DNA of 64,000 nucleotides, from the NCBI GenBank assembly GCA_963666425.2, contig OY762825.2:704001-768000 (forward strand). The letters are read 5' to 3'. The notes under the pieces were generated by a model, which saw nothing but the letters and a program-made list of their open reading frames with translations, searched no databases and had not been told where the DNA came from. This document shows, one piece after another, positions 1 through 7,622 of the stretch. The number at the start of each line of letters is the position of its first letter. Position 1 is the stretch's first letter. The position numbers and the translations under genes are program-made. The stretch is from Bacillota bacterium. Lineage in GTDB: Bacteria > Bacillota > JAAYKD01.

Positions 1-702
1 TTATGTGAGAAACCAATGGCGATGGATGCAGCGGAATGCCGCCTGATGATAGAGACGGCGCAGCGCTGCAATCAACAGCTGATGATCGGTCATTGTCTGC
101 GCTTCTGGGGTGAATACGAATTTCTCAAACAGACGATGGAGAGCGGGATTTATGGCAAAGCGATTTCCGCCTATTTCTACCGCGGTGGTTCCACACCGAT
201 GTGGTCGTATGAGAATTGGCTTTTAAAAGCCGACCGTGGCGGCGGCGCCGTCTACGATCAGCATGTGCATGACGTGGATATGGTGCAGTACCTCTTCGGT
301 ATGCCGCGAGAAGTCTGCACACTCGGTCAGGTTGTCATACCCGGCAGCAATTTCGATACCGTATCGACCAATTACGATTATCCCAATCTGGTGGTCAACA
401 GCCAGAATGACTGGACCCTGTCCGGTATTGCCTTCAGCATGGGATTCCGGGTAAATTTTGAGCACGGCACTGTTCAGATGGATCAGGACGGTCTGCACGT
501 TGCGGCAACCGGCGAAGCCTTCCGTGAACCGGCCTATGATCATGAAAACGCTTATTACAAAGAAGTGCTTTATTTTGCCGACTGTATTCTGCATCAAAAG
601 CAAAACAGCATCAACCCGCCGGAGGATTCATTACAAACCATTTTGCTGGTCCATGCTGAAATCGAATCTGCCAAGCACGGCGGCAAACCGGTTGCACTAT
701 AA
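1..702 (+). CDS. Gfo/Idh/MocA family oxidoreductase, 5' end truncated by the window
   Basis: CEKPMA at the window start, GHCLRF, and GGGAVYDQHVHDVD are motifs typical of this family. Confidence 0.85.
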   Translation, partial: LCEKPMAMDAAECRLMIETAQRCNQQLMIGHCLRFWGEYEFLKQTMESGIYGKAISAYFYRGGSTPMWSYENWLLKADRGGGAVYDQHVHDVDMVQYLFGMPREVCTLGQVVIPGSNFDTVSTNYDYPNLVVNSQNDWTLSGIAFSMGFRVNFEHGTVQMDQDGLHVAATGEAFREPAYDHENAYYKEVLYFADCILHQKQNSINPPEDSLQTILLVHAEIESAKHGGKPVAL

Positions 703-739
703 TCCATTATTACAATTTCGGTAAGGAGTTGCCGCTTAC

Positions 740-1231
740 ATGAATCAAATTCGCCAGTTCGTTTTAGAAGCTTTGGAGTACGCTAACGTTGCTTACAAGA
801 TCACCGAGCATCCGGCTGTCTATACGATAGAAGAAATGGATCGGCTGCAGATCGATCCTCAAAACGAGGTAGCAAAGAATCTTTTTCTTCGTGATGATAA
901 AAAGCAAAGATATTTTCTGCTTGTGCTGCCAAAATACAAGCAAGTAGATTTGAATGCGATTCGAATGGCAGTAGACAGCCGACGGTTAAGCTTTGCTTCG
1001 ACAGACGATCTAGCTCATTACTTAGGTTTAAGCAAAGGTGCGGTCTCGCCTCTGGGTGTTCTCAATGATACTGAGCGAAGTGTAGAAGTCGTGTTAGATC
1101 AGGAGCTGCGCAGTTACGAACGCATCGGAGTTCATCCCAACGAGAATACAGCCACGCTTTGGCTGCGCCCGGCCGATTTGCTATTGATCATTCAACAACA
1201 TGGTAATCCGGTCAGCTACTGCCGGTTTTAA
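740..1231 (+). CDS. YbaK/ProX (PrdX-like) aminoacyl-tRNA editing protein
   Basis: HPAVYT, AKNLFLRD, GAVSPLG and HPNENTAT motifs; AAGGAG RBS upstream. Confidence 0.85.
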   Translation: MNQIRQFVLEALEYANVAYKITEHPAVYTIEEMDRLQIDPQNEVAKNLFLRDDKKQRYFLLVLPKYKQVDLNAIRMAVDSRRLSFASTDDLAHYLGLSKGAVSPLGVLNDTERSVEVVLDQELRSYERIGVHPNENTATLWLRPADLLLIIQQHGNPVSYCRF

Positions 1232-1620
1232 GCCGATTATTTATGTCGATATACGGTTTTTGCCAGGAGATTTCACCCGAAAAATCAATCAAATCGATGC
1301 GTGCGGAACGGTCAAGACCGTTCCCTACATTTTTCGAGTTGGTCAGATTATCAATTTATATCACTGACGAGATGCTTTTAAGAACGAAGCATACAAGTAT
1401 TTTACGAGATTACCGTAAAAAACCGCAGGTATCCTGCAGCGAAGCATCACCCCTCGGGGTGCAGCTAGCGGAAGGATACCGAGCGGTTTTTGTTATGGTT
1501 AGATTACCCCGATAGGCCAATCAAATCGATGCACGCGGAACGGTCAAGACCGTTCCCTACATTTTTCGAGTTGGTCAGATTATCAATTTACATCACTGAC
1601 GAGATGCTTTTTAGAACGAA

Positions 1621-1702
1621 GCATACAAGCAGATGCAATGCATACAAACAAATGCAATGCATACAAACAAATGCAATGCATACAAACAGATGCAATGCAT
1701 AC
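1621..1702. repeat. 19-bp VNTR (GCATACAAACAGATGCAAT), about 4.3 copies; about 3.3 copies at 5553-5615, degenerate at ~3744-3830, absent from the first unit
   Basis: GCATAC recurs at 1621, 1640, 1659, 1678 and 1697. Confidence 0.9.
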
Positions 1703-1861
1703 GAGCTGGGGTAAAGCATACAAGCATTTTACGAGATTACCGTAAAAAACCGCAGGTAACCTACAGCGAAGCATCACCCCTCGGGGTGCAGCTAGCGAAA
1801 GGACGCCGAGCGGTTTTTGTCATGCAAAGTTGAGCCTGATAGATTGAACAAATCGATACAT

Positions 1862-2083
1862 GCGGAACGGTCAAGACCGTTCCCTACCTTGCGAGTTGGT
1901 TGAAGTAACACCGCAATGTAATGAAGCTACGCCAAAACGGGTTACGCGGAACGGTCAAGACCGTTCCCTACCTTGCGAGTTGGTTGAAGTAACACCGCAG
2001 AACGATAGAGTTACGTCAGGACGGGGTACGCGGAACGGTCAAGACCGTTCCCTACCTTGCGAGTTGGTTGAAGTAACACCGCA
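1862..2083. repeat. 84-bp-period tandem repeat: REP plus a constant 28-bp tail, then a ~30-bp variable segment
   Basis: Unit starts at 1862, 1946 and 2030. Confidence 0.9.
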
Positions 2084-2274
2084 ATGTTGCGTGTAGGTTG
2101 AAATAACACCGCAATGTAATGAAGCTACGCCGGGAACGCAGGGACGCCAGGACTGGGCACGCGGAACGGTCAAGACCGTTCCCTCGTATATACTAATAGT
2201 GCCAAGGTAACTCATTTACAGGGTACAGGAAGCGAGCCAAAGCCACTCTTTAGGTATCCAAGGGGTTTGCCCTT

Positions 2275-2285
2275 TGTGGTATAAT
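2275..2285 (+). promoter_or_regulatory. Extended -10 promoter (TGTG-G-TATAAT) just upstream of the predicted bridge RNA loops; also present at 4083-4093
   Basis: Exact TRTGnTATAAT consensus. Confidence 0.6.
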
Positions 2286-2420
2286 TTTGTCAGGCAGAGG
2301 TCAACGTACCGTTCCCTGGGAATCGTTCCTGTGATGTAGAGTGTTGCCTCTGATCTGACAGAAATCTGCGTATTGGCTGGATAGGGTAAAATCCTTGTAT
2401 TTCACGCGAGGTTGCAGCTG
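2286..2420 (+). ncRNA. Predicted IS110 bridge RNA (target-binding loop plus donor-binding loop)
   Basis: The stem TGTCAG/CAGAGG/CAAC...GTTG/CCTCTG/CTGACA encloses ACCGTTCCCT (2308-17) and ATGTAG (2334-39), which match the target; a second stem CTGC...GCAG encloses TGGCT (2374-78) and GCGAG (2406-10), which match the donor junction. Confidence 0.8.
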
Positions 2421-2474
2421 TCAGCGTCAGAGAGATCATCCTTTGCCGCATTCCAGTTTGAGGAGTTGCTGTAA

Positions 2475-3647
2475 ATGATTACTTTTGGCGTAGACATCGG
2501 TAAATTCCGTCACCAGGCGATCGCGGTGGACGCCAGTGGTCAAGCGCTGGCTCCCTCGTTTGCATTTGAAAATTCCGAAGAGGGCTTTCAATTGTTTTTG
2601 CAGAAGGTCGCTCTTTACCAAAAGCAAGATGCAATTTGCGTCGGCATGGAAGCCACCGGTCATTACTGGCTGAATTTTTATTGTGTTTTACTCGATTTAG
2701 AAATTGAATTGCATGTGGTCAATCCCCTGCTCACCGACGCCATACGGCGCATGTCTGTCCGTAAAACCAAGACGGATACGGTGGATTGCGGTTATATCGC
2801 GGATGTGATCCGCATGGGACGTTATTCCGACGTAGCGGTACAAACGGAGGATGTCCAGAATTTACGCGAGTTATGCCGTTTCCGCTGTTCTCTGGTTGAT
2901 GAGATTGCAAAGCACAAAAACCATGTAATTGGCGTGCTGGATCATCTTTTTCCGGAATATCACAAGCTTTTTTCAGATATTTTCGGTAAAACTTCGCTGG
3001 AGTTGCTCAGCAAGTATCCGTCACCGGATGCCATTCTGAAGCTCGGCACAAAGCGGTTGGCTGATTTTTTAGCGAAGCATTCCCGCGGCAGTTTCGGTGA
3101 GGAAAAAGCGCTGGAGATCCGCAGCGCCTGCAAACACACAGTTGGGGTGAATAGAGCGAATGCTGCTCTATGCTTTGAATTACACCAAACCGTGGATCTG
3201 ATTCAATTCATTGAAGAACAGATTGACGCAATTGAGAATAAGATTGAGCAGATCTATTCCCAATGTGAATGCTATCTGGATACCATTATTGGTGTTGGAG
3301 TCACCTCGGCTGCGGTGATCTACTCGGAAATCGGCAATATTGATAATTTCGAAAATCCAAAGAAATTGGCGGCATTTGCCGGTATTGACCCTTCGATTAA
3401 GCAATCCGGTAATTTCACTTCAACGCACAACACGATGTCGAAGCGAGGCTCACCTTATCTGCGCAGAGCGCTCTGGAATGCTGCAACGGTTGCCGCGCAA
3501 AAAGATCCGGTCATGTCTGCTTTTTACCAGAAGAAACGCGACGAAGGAAAAGATTATATGACGGCAATTGGAGCTGTTACACATAAATTATGCAACATTG
3601 TTTTTGCTGTTTTAAGGGATAAAAAGCCTTATGTTCCCAGAATATAA
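2475..3647 (+). CDS. IS110 family recombinase/transposase
   Basis: DEDD residues GVD7, ME59ATG and KTD101TVD104; C-terminal LAAFAGIDP..QSG...SKRGSPYLRRAL. Confidence 0.97.
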   Translation: MITFGVDIGKFRHQAIAVDASGQALAPSFAFENSEEGFQLFLQKVALYQKQDAICVGMEATGHYWLNFYCVLLDLEIELHVVNPLLTDAIRRMSVRKTKTDTVDCGYIADVIRMGRYSDVAVQTEDVQNLRELCRFRCSLVDEIAKHKNHVIGVLDHLFPEYHKLFSDIFGKTSLELLSKYPSPDAILKLGTKRLADFLAKHSRGSFGEEKALEIRSACKHTVGVNRANAALCFELHQTVDLIQFIEEQIDAIENKIEQIYSQCECYLDTIIGVGVTSAAVIYSEIGNIDNFENPKKLAAFAGIDPSIKQSGNFTSTHNTMSKRGSPYLRRALWNAATVAAQKDPVMSAFYQKKRDEGKDYMTAIGAVTHKLCNIVFAVLRDKKPYVPRI

Positions 3648-4093
3648 TTTTCGTTTTGCCACTTGACGTTTGATAGCTGGCTACATTTTTTGAGTTGGTC
3701 AGATTATCAATTTATATCACTGACGAGATGCTTTTAAGAACGAAGTATACAAACAGATGCAATGTCATACGAGCAAGAGCAATGCATACAAACAGATGCA
3801 ATGCATACAAACAAGAGCAATGTCATACGAGCATTTTACGAGATTACCGTAAAAAACCGCAGGCATCCTGCAGCGAAGCATCACCCCTCGGGGTGCAGCT
3901 AGCGGAAGGATACCGAGCGGTTTTTGTCATGCAGAGTTGAGCCTGATAGATTGATCAAATCGATGCGTGCGGAACGGTCAAGACCGTTCCCTCGTATATA
4001 CTAGTAGTGCCAAGGTAACTCATTTACAGGGTACAGGAAGCGAGCCAAAGCCACTCTTTAAGTATCCAAGGGGTTTGCCCTTTGTGGTATAAT

Positions 4094-4228
4094 TTTGTCA
4101 GGCAGAGGTCAACGTACTGTTCCCTGGGAATCGTTCCTGTGATGTAGAGTGTTGCCTCTGATCTGACAGAAATCTGCGTATTGGCTGGATAGGGTAAAAT
4201 CCTTGTATTTCACGCGAGGTTGCAGCTG
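4094..4228 (+). ncRNA. Predicted bridge RNA, copy 2 (left target guide ACTGTTCCCT)
   Basis: Same as copy 1 except C>T at 4118. Confidence 0.78.
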
Positions 4229-4282
4229 TCAGCGTCAGAGAGATCATCCTTTGCCGCATTCCAGTTTGAGGAGTTGCTGTAA

Positions 4283-5455
4283 ATGATTACTTTTGGCGTA
4301 GACATCGGTAAATTCCGTCACCAGGCGATCGCGGTGGACGCCAGTGGTCAAGCGCTGGCTCCCTCGTTTGCATTTGAAAATTCCGAAGAGGGCTTTCAAT
4401 TGTTTTTGCAGAAGGTCGCTTTTTACCAAAAGCAAGATGCAATTTGCGTCGGCATGGAAGCCACCGGTCATTACTGGCTGAATTTTTATTGTGTTTTACT
4501 CGATTTAGGAATTGAATTGCATGTGGTCAATCCCCTGCTCACCGACGCCATACGGCGCATGTCTGTCCGTAAAACCAAGACGGATACGGTGGATTGCGGT
4601 TATATCGCGGATGTGATCCGCATGGGACGTTATTCCGACGTAGCGGTACAAACGGAGGATGTCCAGAATTTACGCGAGTTATGCCGTTTCCGCTGTTCTC
4701 TGGTTGATGAGATTGCAAAGCACAAAAACCATGTAATTGGCGTGCTGGATCACCTTTTTCCGGAATATCACAAGCTGTTTTCAGATATTTTCGGTAAAAC
4801 TTCGCTGGAGTTGCTCAGCAAGTATCCGTCACCGGATGCCATTCTGAAGCTCGGTACAAAGCGGTTGGCTGATTTTTTAGCGAAGCATTCCCGCGGCAGT
4901 TTCGGTGAGGAAAAAGCGCTCGAGATCCGCAGCGCCTGCAGACACACTGTTGGTGTGAATAGAGCGAACGCTGCTCTATGCTTTGAATTACACCAAACCG
5001 TGGATCTGATTCAATTCATTGAAGAACAGATTGACGCAATTGAGAATAAGATTGAGCAGATCTATTCCCAATGTGAATGCTATCTGGATACCATTATTGG
5101 TGTTGGAGTCACCTCGGCTGCGGTGATCTACTCGGAAATCGGCAATATTGATAATTTCGAAAATCCAAAGAAATTGGCGGCATTTGCCGGTATTGACCCT
5201 TCGATTAAGCAATCCGGTAATTTCACTTCAACGCACAACACGATGTCGAAGCGAGGCTCACCTTATCTGCGCAGAGCGCTCTGGAATGCCGCAACGGTTG
5301 CCGCGCAAAAAGATCCGGTCATGTCTGCTTTTTACCAGAAGAAACGCGACGAAGGAAAAGATTATATGACGGCAATTGGAGCTGTTACACATAAATTATG
5401 CAACATTGTTTTCGCTGTTTTAAGGGATAAAAAGCCTTATGTTCCCAGAATATAA
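4283..5455 (+). CDS. IS110 family recombinase/transposase, copy 2
   Basis: 390 aa with three amino-acid differences from copy 1 (L47F, E76G, and K>R in ACKH). Confidence 0.97.
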   Translation: MITFGVDIGKFRHQAIAVDASGQALAPSFAFENSEEGFQLFLQKVAFYQKQDAICVGMEATGHYWLNFYCVLLDLGIELHVVNPLLTDAIRRMSVRKTKTDTVDCGYIADVIRMGRYSDVAVQTEDVQNLRELCRFRCSLVDEIAKHKNHVIGVLDHLFPEYHKLFSDIFGKTSLELLSKYPSPDAILKLGTKRLADFLAKHSRGSFGEEKALEIRSACRHTVGVNRANAALCFELHQTVDLIQFIEEQIDAIENKIEQIYSQCECYLDTIIGVGVTSAAVIYSEIGNIDNFENPKKLAAFAGIDPSIKQSGNFTSTHNTMSKRGSPYLRRALWNAATVAAQKDPVMSAFYQKKRDEGKDYMTAIGAVTHKLCNIVFAVLRDKKPYVPRI

Positions 5456-5743
5456 TTTTCGTTTTGCCACTTGACGTTTGATAGCTGGCTACATTTTTCG
5501 AGTTGGTCAAATTATCAATTTACATCACTGACGAGATGCTTTTAAGAACGAAGCATACAAACAGATGCAATGCATACAAACAGATGCAATGCATACAAAC
5601 AGATGCAATGCATACGAGCTGGGGTAAAGCATACAAGCATTTTACGAGATTACCGTAAAAAACCGCAGGTATCCTGCAGCGAAGCATCACCCCTCGGGGT
5701 GCAGCTAGCGAAAGGACGCCGAGCGGTTTTTGTCGTGATGGGT

Positions 5744-6517
5744 TTATACAATCGGTTTTTCCTGTGGCATCAGCCTAAGCGCCAATGCATCGCCGTTTCC
5801 ATTCGGCTGGTAATCGATGTTGGCTTTTCTAGCCTGACTACCCTGCAAATTGCGGGGAATTCGATACTGTCTGCCCTCTTTGCGAAAATTCGCCCCGGTT
5901 TGCTTAAAATGAAAAGCAACCCGATGCGCAATACACTGCTCCCGGATCTTTAAGACCCAAGCATAATCGCAGACCCGCACATCCACCCCCGACTCGCCGC
6001 CAACCACCACCTGCTGAATTTGCGGTGTCAGAAAAGGTGAAAGATCTTCCGGTCCCAGCAAAGGTTCACAAATGATCAATTTCGTGCGAATTGCAGCTTT
6101 GAGAAAAATTGGTAAACGGTACTCCACCATCTCCTGATTCTCTACCGTGCAGCCGATCGTCACATTGGCGTATCCTTCACCCCAATCGGGCGGCAGACAC
6201 TCCTGCATGCGGTGGATCCGCTTCGTGATAAAGAAAAAATTCAAGTCAGAACGCTGCCGCATCATCTGCCAGGCTTGCGGCCGCCAAGCGTCGGCATCCT
6301 CCAGAAAAAAATCAGAAGTGAAGCAGGTATAAACCGTTTCCCCGCTCGGAATCTTATATTCACCCTGGCGGTTGCGTTTGAGCGGCAAGTCAAAATAGTT
6401 GGTTTTCCGCACGAGACTGCTGTCCAGTTGATGCCGCCCATCCATCCGGTAAACATAACAATTCAGACAGCCTGCGCTGAATTTATGACAGCCGTGCCAA
6501 AGATTCCAAGACGCCAT
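5744..6517 (-). CDS. DUF5131 family (phage Gp37/Gp68-like, radical-SAM-like) protein
   Basis: WNLWHGCHKFSAGCLNCY, FTSDFF, TKR, EPLLG, VVVGGESG and FHFKQTG motifs. Confidence 0.85.
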   Translation of the reverse strand: MASWNLWHGCHKFSAGCLNCYVYRMDGRHQLDSSLVRKTNYFDLPLKRNRQGEYKIPSGETVYTCFTSDFFLEDADAWRPQAWQMMRQRSDLNFFFITKRIHRMQECLPPDWGEGYANVTIGCTVENQEMVEYRLPIFLKAAIRTKLIICEPLLGPEDLSPFLTPQIQQVVVGGESGVDVRVCDYAWVLKIREQCIAHRVAFHFKQTGANFRKEGRQYRIPRNLQGSQARKANIDYQPNGNGDALALRLMPQEKPIV

Positions 6518-6736
6518 CTTTGCACCTCCTGAGCAACACTTGTGATCAGACAGCCTGCGCTGAATTTATGACAACCGTGCCAAAGATTCCAAGACGCCAT
6601 CTTTGCACCTCCTGAGCAACACTTGTGACTAGACAGCCTGCGCTGAATTTATGACAGCCGTGCCAAAGATTCCAGGATGCCATCTTTGCACCTCCTGTGC
6701 AGCGCTTGTGATCAGACAGCTTGCGCCGATTTTATA
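6464..6736 (-). repeat. 83-bp tandem repeat (~3.3 copies), each carrying the RBS, ATG and first 18 codons of the DUF5131 gene
   Basis: Units start at 6464, 6547, 6630 and 6713; ATGs at 6517, 6600 and 6683. Confidence 0.92.
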
Positions 6737-7622
6737 GCTTTTGTTCCCACAACTGATAACCCTGACCGGCTTTGGCCTGGTAACCGTTTTTCAGTAAATA
6801 ATCCACCACCGGATCGCGGGCATCTGCCCAGAACATCGCAGCATTATAATCATGTTTGACTACTTCCGCTTCAATCGCCGGCAAAGCCCGTTGCCAAACG
6901 GCAGGCTCCTGCGCCACCTGCCCCATAATCAAATAACCTTGATCAGCTAAATCATCTTCGTCTCCGTAAAAGGCATCGATCCAGGCCAGTGTTCTACCGT
7001 TTTCCTGATAGCGAAAGAAATGCGGCTGATCATCATAGAGGATCGCCTCTTTCATCTGATCGTTTTTACCCAGCACAATAAAATCAAAGCATACCATAAA
7101 CCCATTGGCAGCAATTGCGGCAGGATTTTTAGCCATCGCTGCCGTATAACCCGCAATCTCTTCTGCGCCGGCCGGTTCCCAGCCTCCTACCACCTCATTT
7201 GGCTGCCGGATGCCGTTTTTGATGTAAGCCTGATACTCGAATACTTTTTCAAATCCCGCTAAACCTGTAACATGCTGTGAAACGTGATTATCGGCATCGA
7301 TGCCACAGCGAGCCACTCGAAAACCTTTGCTCCTGGCAAAAGCCACGCTGTTGGCAGACATCGCTTTGCCGATGCCTTTGCCCTGCATTTCCGGTGCAAT
7401 GCGAATCCCCTGCAGCCAGCAGTTCTCCTCGTCTAAATAAGCGATGTGTGTGGTTCCCACCGGTTTGCCATCCCAAAGAGCGACAAAGGTCATTCCCTTT
7501 TCCGGATGCTGCAGCCACTCTTGCCAACTAAAAATAACATAATCGTCTTCATCTGCCACCCGCGGCAGCATTTCCTTAATCTCCGGCCAATGACACAGTT
7601 GTGCCTCTACGATTTCTAACAT
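6732..7622 (-). CDS. GNAT family N-acetyltransferase
   Basis: WLQGIRIAPEMQGKGIGK acetyl-CoA binding motif. Confidence 0.8.
   Translation of the reverse strand: MLEIVEAQLCHWPEIKEMLPRVADEDDYVIFSWQEWLQHPEKGMTFVALWDGKPVGTTHIAYLDEENCWLQGIRIAPEMQGKGIGKAMSANSVAFARSKGFRVARCGIDADNHVSQHVTGLAGFEKVFEYQAYIKNGIRQPNEVVGGWEPAGAEEIAGYTAAMAKNPAAIAANGFMVCFDFIVLGKNDQMKEAILYDDQPHFFRYQENGRTLAWIDAFYGDEDDLADQGYLIMGQVAQEPAVWQRALPAIEAEVVKHDYNAAMFWADARDPVVDYLLKNGYQAKAGQGYQLWEQKL

Larger units (their letters stand above)
2183..3682 (+). mobile_element. IS110-family element, copy 1, inserted at the CT core of a REP
   Basis: Removing 2185-3682 restores ACCGTTCC-CT-ACATTTT, as in the empty copies at 1303 and 1535; CT is present at both ends (2183-84 and 3681-82); no terminal inverted repeats. 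Confidence 0.93.
3991..5490 (+). mobile_element. IS110-family element, copy 2 (near-identical, offset 1808 bp), inserted at the CT core of a REP
   Basis: CT at 3991-92 and 5489-90; the flanks restore REP-ACAT. Confidence 0.93.
1303..5735 (-). repeat. Array of 7 GTAG-type REP-like hairpins (plus strand GCGGAACGGTC-AA-GACCGTTCCCTAC) starting at 1303, 1535, 1862, 1946, 2030, 2161 (split by IS) and 3969 (split by IS), embedded in larger composite repeat units
   Basis: Identical 26-bp copies with a 9-bp perfect palindrome; the reverse complement begins GTAG, the hallmark of RAYT-associated REPs. Confidence 0.85.

Noticed and set aside
1243-2096. Short ORFs in the repeat region (AERSRPFPT, RNGQDRSL and MHTNRCNAY peptides; also 3695-3940 and 5570-5953)
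   Set aside because: These are translations of REP and VNTR DNA, lack an RBS, and their frames are not conserved between units
1862-2182. CRISPR array
   Set aside because: The repeat is 54 bp and REP-derived, the spacers resemble each other, and there are no cas genes or leader in the window
2183-5490. The two IS110 copies as an assembly artefact or a composite transposon
   Set aside because: The copies differ at multiple positions, their upstream flanks differ, and the ~310 bp between them is only repeat DNA with no cargo gene
6464-6736. Diversity-generating retroelement template/variable repeat, or CRISPR
   Set aside because: There is no reverse transcriptase, the differences are not adenine-specific, the repeats are at the gene's 5' end, and there are no unique spacers
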